From Octopus vulgaris (taxonomy: Eukaryota), in contig OX597830.1 of assembly GCA_951406725.2 (NCBI GenBank), positions 41,974,001 through 42,038,000 on the forward strand: a stretch of 64,000 nt of DNA, written 5' to 3'. The notes under the pieces are model-generated. The model saw nothing but the letters and a program-made list of their open reading frames with translations. It had not been told where the DNA came from and did no database searches. A program made the translations under genes and the position numbers. This document shows positions 53,611 through 64,000 of this stretch, one piece after another (position 1 is the first letter of the stretch; each line of letters starts with the position of its first letter).

Positions 53611-54761
53611 TTTATAACCCATCGTCACTTGACAACCAATATTGGTGTGTTTATGCCCTTGTAACTTAGCAGTTTGGCAAAAGAAACCGATAGAATAAGT
53701 ACTAGGTTTACAAAGAATAAGTCCTGGGGGCGATTTGTCCGTCGAAATGCGGTGCTCGACCGCAGTCAAATGACTAAAACAAATAAAAGAACATATATAT
53801 ATATATATCTACACTTGAACATTAGAATATTATTTTTGGTAAACCTTTCTGTCGCCAATGTTTATAACTGTTTCAATGTGCACAAACTTAAAAAAGAAAA
53901 AAAGATTGTTGTTTTGAATAAGCAATAACTAATCAATATTCAGCTGAGCAGGCACATGACAAATATATATCTACACACACGCACACATGCGCACGTTGTC
54001 TGGGAGAGATAAGTGAGAAAGACAGTGTGTGAGAGGAAGGGGGAAGTGTTGGAGAGACAGATATGAAAGAGAAGCTGAAAGAGAAACAAATCAGAGTTTG
54101 ATGTCACAAACTAACAACATATTTTAGAATGTTATTGTGCTTTGCACTAAGATTCTTACTCGACTGTCTGAGTATTTTCTTCCACCACCACCATGAATGT
54201 TTGTGTGTGTGTGTGTATGGAGTAATGTGGGTTAATGGTTAGGGAGTTTGCACTCATGATTATAAGATTATGGTTTCCATTTCCAGACTGAGTTGTGTTC
54301 TTGAGCAAAACACTTCATTTCACATTGCTGTAGTCCACTCAGCGGGCAAAAATAAGTCAGCCTGCAATGGACTGGCATCTTGTCTGGTTTGATGGAGGGG
54401 AGGGGGGATTTACAGACCATAGAATTCAGGAAACTGATCTTTTAAGTCTATGCTCCAGGATAGATCTTTGCTCCTTTACACACACACAGACACACATACG
54501 TTCTTTTTTTATTTGATCCAGTCATAAGACCGTGGCCATGCTGGGGCACTGCCCTGAAGAATTTTTGGTCGAATGAATCGACTCCAGTACTTACTTTTTT
54601 TTAAAGCTGAGTACTTATTTTATCAGTTTCTTTAGCTGAACTGCTACGTTATGGGGATGTAAACACACCAACACTAAGTTGTCAAAGTGGTGATGGATGA
54701 CAAATCCAGATACAAAATCACTCATCATTATCGTCATTTAACATTTGTTGTCCATGCTGGC

Positions 54762-54796
<35 letters not shown>

Positions 54797-54943
54797 TGAT
54801 GGGCTTCTTTCAGTTTTTGTCTCCCAAAACTGAAGGTGCCAGGCAGTGAGACAGAACCCAGTACCATGTGGTTGGGAAGCAAGCTTCTTACCACACAGCC
54901 ACATCTGCATGCATGTGCACATACACACAACAGATTTCTTTCA

Positions 54944-55362
54944 ATTCTATATTTAAGACATGAGGAATTATGTACATTATTTACATTCGATGGATATTTG
55001 TCCTCATCTTGTTTGTTGTTAACACAACACTTTGGCTGATCTACCCTCCAGCCTTCATCGGGTGTTTTAGGGAAATTTCGGACCTGGGTTTTCATAGCTA
55101 AGGTATTTTTCGATATTGTTATTATTGTTGTTGTTGTTGTTAAGAGCACGGACTACTAACCGCAAGATTCTGAGTTCAATTCCAAGCAGTGACCTGAACA
55201 ATAACAACAACATCGAAAATTACCTAAGGAATGAGGACTCAGGTTCGAAATTCCCCCTAGACACCTAATGAAGGCTGGGGTGGGGGTGTATCAGCCGAAA
55301 CGTTGTGTTAACAATAAACTAGATGAGAACAAATATCCATCAAACGTAAATAATGTAAAAAA
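54944..55362. mobile_element. Diverging inverted pair of a tRNA-headed short retroelement with hammerhead-like 3' region (Penelope-like geometry)
   Basis: Minus arm about 54944-55140 and plus arm about 55136-55357 are homologous. Plus arm has a tRNA-like head with B-box GTTCAATTC (55174-55182). 12-bp TSD agatttctttca at 54932-54943 and 55363-55374, inside a SINE B host. Confidence 0.75.
55261..55308 (+). ncRNA. Degenerate minimal type I hammerhead ribozyme motif (second copy at 55022-55065, minus strand)
   Basis: ACAC-CUaAUGA-A-GGCUG(loop)CAGCC-GAAAC-GUU-GUGU: stem I acac/gtgt, stem II ggctg/cagcc, palindromic ACGU stem III. The minus copy reads ACAC-CcGAUGA-AGGCUG...CAGCC-aAAgu-GUU-GUGU, so the two together reconstruct CUGAUGA/GAAAC. 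Confidence 0.65.
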
Positions 55363-56859
55363 AGATTTCTTTCAGTTTTCATCTGCCATATCAACTCACA
55401 TGGCTTTGGTCAGCCCAGTGTCATTGTAGAAAATCCAAATAGCATTCAGTGGGGCTGAACCAGAGAAAATATACAGTCACAGCTGCACCCAACTTGGTAA
55501 TAAATTAATAAAAATAAATATGGATTCATATGTATTTAGTCTTGCTGTGAAATTCGTCCCACAAGGGGATTTTTTCTGCAGCTTGGGATGAAGCTTGAAT
55601 TGAACAGTTTCATTGTTGTTTAACAACTACAAAAACCCGTCAGAACTTAATTATCTCTTGCTCCTAAATTTGCAGACAACATTAGCTAATCTTAGTTAAT
55701 CTGCGTTGGTTGAAAAGCAGTTTTATTATGTTGGTTTCAAATTTTGGCACAAGGCCAGCAAGTCTGGGGGAGGGAGTAAGTCTTTTACATTAACCCCAGT
55801 GTTCAAATGGTACTTATTTCATCGATCCTGAAAGGATGGAAGGCCAAGCTGACCTTGGTGGAATTCGAACTAAGACCATAAAGATAGACAAAATACTGTT
55901 AAGAATTTTGTTTGGCATGCTAATGGTTACACCAGTTTGTCACCTTAAGCAGTTTTAATATATCAATTTTAGGTAGGAATATGGAGATATTACAAGAAGA
56001 TGGGAGGAGGAGCTTTAGGAGAACACAATCCACTTTGACAAATGAATGAGGGATCCTCTGCCTCATGCATGTGCAACTTTTTGCAAGAAGTGGGCCACAT
56101 AAAACACAGCTCGTCATTAGGTGGGATGCACTACTAAAACAATTCAAGGTAATTTCTAACAAAGGTGTGGCCATTCAGAAAGTCATGCAGGCTGCAGTTT
56201 GACCATGACTGCTCCAGGTTTTCTGACCTGCTGGAAATAGCAGCTAAATACCTTTCAATCACATGTTACTGCCTTGGGAAAGGAAATATTGGGTAAAACT
56301 GGCTCTGAGTTAGAGTTTGCTACACGTAGGAAAAAGATGGGATGGTCAGAGTTGGAATGCCTTTGATCATAGGTCCACTTGATCAGCACTGAAGTGGGAC
56401 TAATTACCATTGTTGCTAACTACACTACCACCACCACCAACAACAACAATGATGAAGGGCACTGTTTAAAGCATTAAGTTTTTCCTCTTTCACATGACAA
56501 ACCAATTTAAACCACTTTTGAACTGTAAAAATATACTCTAAATTTTAGGAAACTGAAACCTGAAACCTGATTCATTCTAAGAAAATAAGACCATTGAAAC
56601 CAAAAATTTACATAAAAATAATATATATATATAAAATAAAATAAAATAAATAAAATATGCACACATGCAATTAATTAATTATAAATGTATATATAAAGAG
56701 AACTTACTTAAAATACTGGCAGGATCAAAGAAATTGTGACTTGGGGAGGTATGGTCACTAGGATCCATCATGGATTATAAGTTTCTGAAAGAGAGAAAGA
56801 AAACGAAATATTAAAAATTGGGATTTGCATTGAAATAAAGAAATGAATGGAAAAATAAT

Positions 56860-57750
56860 GATAAAAATGGTTTCAAATTTTGGCACAAGGCCAGCAAGCT
56901 CGGAGGAGGGGGTTAAGTCAGTTACATCAACCCCAGTGTTCAACTGATACGTATTTTATTGACAGAGAAAGGATGAAAGGCAAAGTTGATCTCAGTGGAA
57001 TTTGGACGCAGAACGTAAAAATGGATGAAATGCCGCTAAACCTTTTGTCAAGCATGCTAAGAATTCTGCTAGTTTGCTACCTTAATAATAATAATAATTT
57101 CAAATTTTTACCACAAAGGCAGCTTGGGAGAGGTGGGGATGTGTCAATTACATTGACCCCAGTATTTCACTGGAACTTATTTTATCGACCCCCAAAAGGA
57201 TGAAAGGTAAAGTTGACCTTGGTGGAATTTGAACTCAAAAACTGTAGCGACGTGTGAAATACTGCTAAGCATTTCATCCAGTGTTAACGATTCTTCTAGC
57301 TTGCCATAAATGATAATAATACGGCATCAAGAGGAATATCAAGGAAATTGGAATAGAGTGTCCAGGTAGAACTGTTAGAAAAGGTTTGTCTCCTTGGCAT
57401 GGCCAGAATAATCAGGAAAGTATTAGACAGTTGAAAAGAATGGGTAGCATGGTGCTGTAAGGCTGCAGGTAGCAAGCCTGCTATGTATGCATGACTCCAG
57501 GAGTTCCAACAAAACCTGTGATAAAGAGATGACAATAATGATGATAATCCTTTCTACCATAGGGACAAGTATGAAATTTTGAGCGAGGGAGTAAATCAAT
57601 AACATCAACCCCAGTGCTTAACTGGTATTTATTTTATCAACCCTGAAAGGATGGAAGGCAAAGTCAACATCAGTGGAATTTGAACTCAGAAAGTGAGACA
57701 GACAAAGTGTTGCTGAGCATTTTGTGTGGTCTGCTAACGATTCTGCCTGT
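56860..57750 (-). mobile_element. Three SINE family A copies in tandem, separated by (AAT)n
   Basis: Reverse-complement family A modules at about 56865-57083, 57100-57306 and 57545-57750. Confidence 0.8.
57321..57533 (+). mobile_element. 3' end of an R4/Dong-clade LINE inserted in (TAA)n
   Basis: Translates NIKEIGIECP, frameshift, VELLEKVCLLGMARIIRKVLDS* (stop 57432-57434). This matches the LQK..LLGTARILRKVL terminus of R4/Dong ORFs. Flanked by TAA-type repeats, the known Dong target. Confidence 0.75.
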
Positions 57751-58119
57751 TTCCCTTTCCATGGGTTGCATATGTCTATTTAGCAATGTATGTTCCCATT
57801 TGTTGCAGTCTTTTGTCATATACTTTGTGAGGTTCAGCCTCTTGAGATCAATCTTGTTATTTTATTTTGTCTTACTTTTCCACCTGCATCACTATTATTT
57901 GGCATTTCTTAACCCAAACGTCATATATTCGATATCCATCACATTTCTTCTCCTTTGTATGCTACATGTGATTCCTCTTACATCCAGTTTCCCACACTCA
58001 GCTCATTTCTATTCTGTCATCCCTGGATGCTGGCATCACACATGCAGTGGTGCATTCTTGCTCCTCCCAGAGATCCAAAGGGTCTCCTGAGTAATGTTAA
58101 TCAATAGGGAGCACAACTA

Positions 58120-58400
58120 TTGAGATCAAGGAGTCTCTCCAGGTGGAACTGTTACTTCTTTGCATAGAGAGATCACAGTTCTGGTACAATGGAAATATAA
58201 TTGGAATGTTGCAAGAAAGGATTGCAAGACAGATTCTCCAAGTGAAACCAACTGGCAGACCAATAATGAGATAGTTGGATAATATCCATTGTCTCAGTTG
58301 GTGAGGCTTGGGAATCCAGCCAGAAAGTATGTGTGAGGACAGTTTCTTCTGATAGGATCCTATGAAGGATGTGCCTGAGGAACCTACCTCTAAGACCCTC
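58120..58400 (+). mobile_element. RTE (Expander-like) LINE 3' fragment
   Basis: EIKESLQVELLLLCIERSQFWYNGNIIGMLQERIARQILQVKPTGRP resembles the RTE motif IREELGVEPLLLHIERSQLRWLGH...RPTGRRPRGRP. Confidence 0.65.
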
Positions 58401-60054
58401 TCAGGAATAGTTGGCAGCAAAAATGGATGGAACTAAAACTTTTGCCTTTGCTAAATTTTACTTTGAAGTTGCTTAATTTTAGGCTTTGCTTCTATATTTG
58501 GAATTTCTGAATATGAACACACACAGATGTTAAGCGACAGCAACAATGATGATGGTGATGATGATGAGGGCATTCTTGAACACTGTTTCATGTAAGATCT
58601 GGATTAAAACCTCCAGTTTTGTACACAAATATGCATGCAAGCACAAACACACACATTCATATAAACATACACACAATTAACACACACATGGATAACACGT
58701 CTTTATAACTATGTAAACGCAAATTTGAGATTGATAAAGAACACTGTTCCATAGATATTATGTCTAAACATCATATTTGAAATAATCTTGAAAGTGAATT
58801 TGTTATATATTACATATTTTAGGAACAGGCATAAGTAGTGGTTGAGAAGTAGGCTTTGCAATCATATGGTTTCAAGTTCAATGTCAGTATGCAGGACTTT
58901 GGATAAGTGCCTTGTACTATAGCTGACCAATACCATATAAGGAAACTTGGTAGACAAATACTGCAAGCAGCCTGTTGTATATGGATATCTGTGAGTGTGT
59001 CAATGTTTTTATATATATATATATGCACAGGAGTGGCTGTATAAGTGCAAGAGTGAGTGTGTGGTAAGAAGCTTGCTTCCCAACCACATGGATCTGGATT
59101 CAGTCCCACTGTGGGGCACCTTGGGCAAGTGTCTTTTACTATAGCCTCAGGCTGACCAAAGCTTTGTGAGTGGATTTGGTGGACAGAAGCAGAAGGAGGC
59201 TCGTCGTGTGTGTGTGTATTTTGTGTGCCTGTGTTTGTTCCCCCACCATTGCTTGACAACCGATTCAGCAAAAGAGACCGACAAAGTAAGTACTAGGCTT
59301 ACAAAGAATATGTCCTGGTGTCGATCTGTTTGACTAAAGGCGGTGCTCCTGCATGGCTGCAGTCATATGACTGAAACAAATAAAAGAATATGTGTATATG
59401 TATATATATATATATATCATGCTCATCACTGCTTGGATGAAGTTGTGCTGATATGGACACTCCTTGTCGAAAGTAAAACCAGTTGCTCTATGCTTTTGAA
59501 GATCTGTGGAACAAAGATATAATTTACTTGAAAAGCAAGGGTTGGTGACAGGAAGCGTACCTATCTACATTACTGTCTCCAATAAATCTCTATCTGAACC
59601 CAAGCTAGCATGAAACACATTGATGGCAAATGAAACAATGAAGAACTTTATTACTAGCGTTAATTATTTGTAGATGAAGGCCAGATAAGTTTCCACAGAA
59701 TATCAGAAATAAATGACATCCATTTGCAATAATCATGTGATATTAAGACAAGGAGACACAAACATACTCTCCATTATCTCTCTCTCTCTCACACACACAC
59801 ACACATACACACAAATAACAGGCTTCTTTAAGTTTCTGCTAACCAAATCCTCTCACAAGAATTTGGTTTTAGCCCATGACTACTATAAGAGATGCTTGTC
59901 CAAGGTATCGCACGGTGGGATTGCGAAATGAGCTTCTTAACGACACAGCCAAGCATTAATATGAATTTTTTTTTATAAAAAAAAAAATAATGTAATTTAA
60001 TTTGAGAAAGCTTTGGCAGTTTTTTCGAGCAGTTAGAAAGACTATTTTTTCTGA

Positions 60055-60315
60055 TAAGGTACAGTGCACCTGAGCACAGTATACAATAAGTTCATCATTA
60101 TCATTATTAAGGCGGCGAGCTGGCAGAATCGTTAGTGGGCTGGATGAAACGCTTAGCGATATTTCACCAGTTGCTACATTCTGAGTTCAAATTCTGCCAA
60201 GGTTGACTTAGTCTTTAATCTTTTTGGCATTGATAAATTAAGTACGAGTGGGGTCGATGTAATCAACTAGTCCCCTCCCCCAAAAATTTCAGGCCTTGTG
60301 CCTTTAGAAGAAATG

Positions 60316-60348
<33 letters not shown>

Positions 60349-60580
60349 TTTATTCTTATTAAGCCAGTGAGATGGCATACCAGGTAAAATGTCTTGCATA
60401 ATTTCCTCTATCTTCGTGTTCTGAGTTCAAACTCTGCTGACATTAGCTTTGCCTTTCATCCTTCCAGGGCCGATAAAATAAGTACCAGTTGAGCCCTGGG
60501 AGTCAATGTAATTAACTTATCTTCCTCCCCCAAAATTACTGGCCTTGTGCCAAAATTGGAAATTATTATTATTATTATTA
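60055..60580 (+). mobile_element. Terminal stub of the CR1-group LINE followed by two SINE A copies in its (ATT)n tail
   Basis: agtgcacctgagcacagtatacaataagttcatcattatcattatt followed directly by aaggcggcgagctggcagaa. Confidence 0.7.
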
Positions 60581-63554
60581 ATACCATGTAAAGGTTTCTC
60601 AAGCTGCTAGAAAACCTTAAGTGGCAGCATTGTAAAATTCCCAAGTGTTCTAGTGAGGTCTTATAACAAACAAGCATTCAATCCTTCTTAGAGTGTCAAA
60701 GGTGGCAGTGGGATCTACCTGAAACTGACCAGCGTTCTATGGGGGTAGGGTGGATTTTATTTCACTACCATGGCATCATTGATAAGTACAGTTTATTATT
60801 TAAGAAAAATGTTTTCTTTATAATTTCCAGTAATTTTTCTTTCTTTCTTTTTTTTTTTGCTTTTCTGAGTAAATTCAATTAATTAATTAAATATACCGAA
60901 TTAAATAATTAAATACAATCGCATGAATTTGGAAGCTGTTCAGTAAAAAGGAGAAAAATCGGAAAGTATGATGAGATGCCGTGAGAAAAGTGTCCAGCAA
61001 GCTCTAAATGCAAAGCATAGCAATTAACTTACTTATTCAAATTAAAATATAATTTGTAGAAACAAATGGAGAACCAAAATTACAAAATTTATCAAAACAA
61101 CCACTGCATTTGACGTTTCAAATTATGTATGCGTGAGTGTATGTATGTATGTATGTATGTATATACATACTTACATACACACACACATATATCTATATAT
61201 GTTATATCATATACACATACACTAACATGTTCGCATACAGATATAGGCATGTATATATACACATGCATACTAGTATGTACAGAGAATAATGAATATGGTT
61301 AATTTAAACAAAGGGGAATTCATATTCTAAATAGAGATATTTAAGAGTTTACTACTTAGAGAATTTACATTGATTCCACAACTCGAAACACACACACACA
61401 CACACTTGCATACATGTACAAATAAATTTATTCATATTAATCAGCTAAGAACAGCACAGTTCTATGTGCTACAATTCTGAGCATCTTGAAAGGAGCAGTG
61501 AAAAAGACAAAGCTGAATAATATATATATGTGTGTATATGATGTGTGTGCATAGACCAGGAAGTGTGTGTGTGTGTGTATATATCTTATATATATGTATG
61601 TATTTATGTATAAGATTTATAGATATTGATAAAAAGTGAAAGTGGTAGGAAAAGAGATGGCAGCACAACAGTCACTGCTGTAAAAGACTGAGGAAATATG
61701 TGATGTTTCAAAAGGACCATCCACAGACACACAATACACATAATCAGAATACATATTTTGACACACCTATCCAACACACAAACCTTTATACACTCACACA
61801 TCCTTTTAGTGTATATGGAATTTGTATATCTTTTCTATATTTTCCACAACTGGTCAGATTACAATTTATTCCAATATACGAAGAAAAAGAGAAGAATAAA
61901 TATGAAATTAAACTCCCTAGAAATAATGTTAAAAATATATCAAATATGTATGTTAGAGATCAGGTGACATCCGATACATCGATTATTTCAAGAGATACAC
62001 GTTGTTTAATAAATGCAGACATATGAGAGAAATGAGAAATTCATGAAAAGAAAAGATGGAAGAATTAAAATAAATATGAATGATCGCAATATAAAATAAT
62101 ATACACTATTATTTTATTTAATTTCTTTTCTTTTTTTTTTATTCTCTTTCTGCTAAATTCATCTTCAAAATAATTAAAACTCTATAATAAGTTCAATGAT
62201 GTAGTTTCTGAAAATTTTAAAAATTTAATTAAAAACCAAACTAATTATAAGTAATCATAGGTAAAACCATTTTCTTCTCATTTCTTTTTCCCCTGTCTTT
62301 TATTCTTTTATCATTTACTTGTTTCAGTCATTGGGCTGCGACCATGCTGGGGCACTGCCGTGAAGGATTTTAGTCAAACAAATCGACCCTAGAGCTTATT
62401 TTCAATTTTAAAGCATGGAACTTATTCTATTGATCTCTTTTGCTGAACTGCTAAGTTGCAAATACTTGTTGCCAAGCAATGTAGTTAGGGACAAACACAA
62501 AGACACACACATACACACACCGACACATGATGGGCTTCCACACAGTTTCCATCTTGCAGATTCACTCAAAAAGAATTGGTCAATGTGGGGCTGAATCTGA
62601 AACCATGTGGTTGTAAAGCAAGCATCTTAACCATTCAACCATGCATGCAACGTCCTACAGGCAAAACACCCACACAGACAAAGAAAGAGAATGGCTTGTC
62701 ACACACACAAGAAGTTTGCTTTCCAACCATGTGGTGAGAGAGATGCCATTAACAGTAATTGAGGGTATGGTTGGGTGGTTAAGAAGCTCACTTTGCAACT
62801 ATGTGGTCTTATTTCCTTCAAGTCCCACTGTATGCCATTTTGGGCAAGTTTCTTCTTCAATAGCCTCAGGCTGATCAAAGATTTGTGAATGGATTTCGCA
62901 GATGGAAACTAAAGAAGCCTGTTGTATGTTTGCATTCATATGTGTGTGTGTGTGTGTGTTTGTCTGTAGACCTTTGTCTAGACATTCTGGAATGGTTGTA
63001 AATGAGCATCATTATCATAAAAGCGAGGTTGTTTGCAGTCTTCCATGTAAAACACCTCTGACCATCCTGTCATTTGTTTCCTTTCAAATATGTCCTTCAC
63101 TTTATAAAAGTTGGTAGGTTATGATTCAAAGAACATTTAGTCCTCATATTGATTTCTTAGCAATTGGTTGTTGTTTAACCCTAGGTTAACCTTCACAGGT
63201 CAAAAGCATTCCACCATTATGAGGATAGTCTTGTATTTTTCAATAAATCTAGAACTATACATCATCTAACCTATCCTTTGTTGTTTGGATTAGTGAGGTT
63301 TGATTTGGGAGAGATTTGGTTGCTATAAGTGACAGGTGAAGCTAGAAATAGCAGCCAAACAGACTTCTCAGTGGTTTGTGATAAATCCTGCCAAAAATAT
63401 AGGGTGGTTTCTTAGAAAACTAATTCTGTCTATGAATTTGTAGTTTCAATTCTTAATCTGAGCTGATGTACGTCCCTTCCAATTCACTTTATGACACTAT
63501 AATCATACTGAGAAAGGCATGCCCACCACTGCAGCATAATCCTCCACGTCTCAC

Positions 63555-63590
63555 CTTGTTTTCATCCTTGAAAACTCTCAGATTTCCTGA
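63555..63590 (-). CDS. Candidate 36-nt frame-preserving micro-exon (SGNLRVFKDENK)
   Basis: Minus strand reads TACTAAC branch site (63612-63618), cataaattgtttttaacacAG, 36 nt with only frame 0 open, then AAG|GTGAGA donor. Same strand as the 16488-16679 exon. Confidence 0.4.
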
Positions 63591-64000
63591 CTGTGTTAAA
63601 AACAATTTATGGTTAGTATTTTCTGTGGAATGTGAGCATCCCGACCAGATTCCAGAGTTCAACTATGGTGAGTCAACCAAAGAACCTTCCATGTTGCCTG
63701 CACAATAGGAAATAATGGAATATATAGCTTCCATGTCTTTTTTTTTTCTTTTCTTTACTCTGTTTGTTTGATTGATTGCAAAAAGTAGCAGTCAAAAAAA
63801 AAAAAAAAAAGAAAGAAAGAAAAAGAGAGAGGGAGAGATAGAAAAAAGCCATCACAAAGCCCTGCTATATATTATTCCATTTGTCATCTCAATAGTAGCT
63901 ACTTCAGCAATTACATGGAGATATCTTCAGCTAAAAATCTGATATTATTTCTTACAGAGACAGGCAGACGTTTTCAGATTTATAAGGAAGTAATATGAAG

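Overview
AT-rich, microsatellite-dense eukaryotic genomic DNA, not prokaryotic. The repeat landscape looks like a coleoid cephalopod, probably Octopus (inference from repeat style, no database search). Almost all listed ORFs are artefacts of (TA)n/(CA)n/(ATT)n tracts or SINEs. The window appears to be mostly intronic sequence of a large minus-strand gene, with one convincing 192-nt exon (16488-16679) and one candidate 36-nt micro-exon (63555-63590); the gene could not be identified. The rest is dozens of SINE copies, which I label A, B, C and D, plus TTAA/piggyBac-type and hAT-type MITEs, two Tc1/mariner relics, a young 5'-truncated CR1-group LINE, and 3' fragments of RTE, R4/Dong and Hero-like LINEs. 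Most interesting: (1) a tRNA-headed short retroelement whose 3' part carries a minimal type I hammerhead-ribozyme fold, inserted as a diverging inverted pair with a 12-bp TSD, a Penelope-like geometry (54944-55362); (2) a perfect 213-bp palindrome with similar geometry inside (TA)n; (3) a gap-free 55-bp hairpin with strongly strand-biased G-U pairs; (4) a tRNA-Asp 3'-half/SINE chimera; (5) a tail-less LINE with a 41-bp TSD; (6) a mariner element made of two 5' ends.
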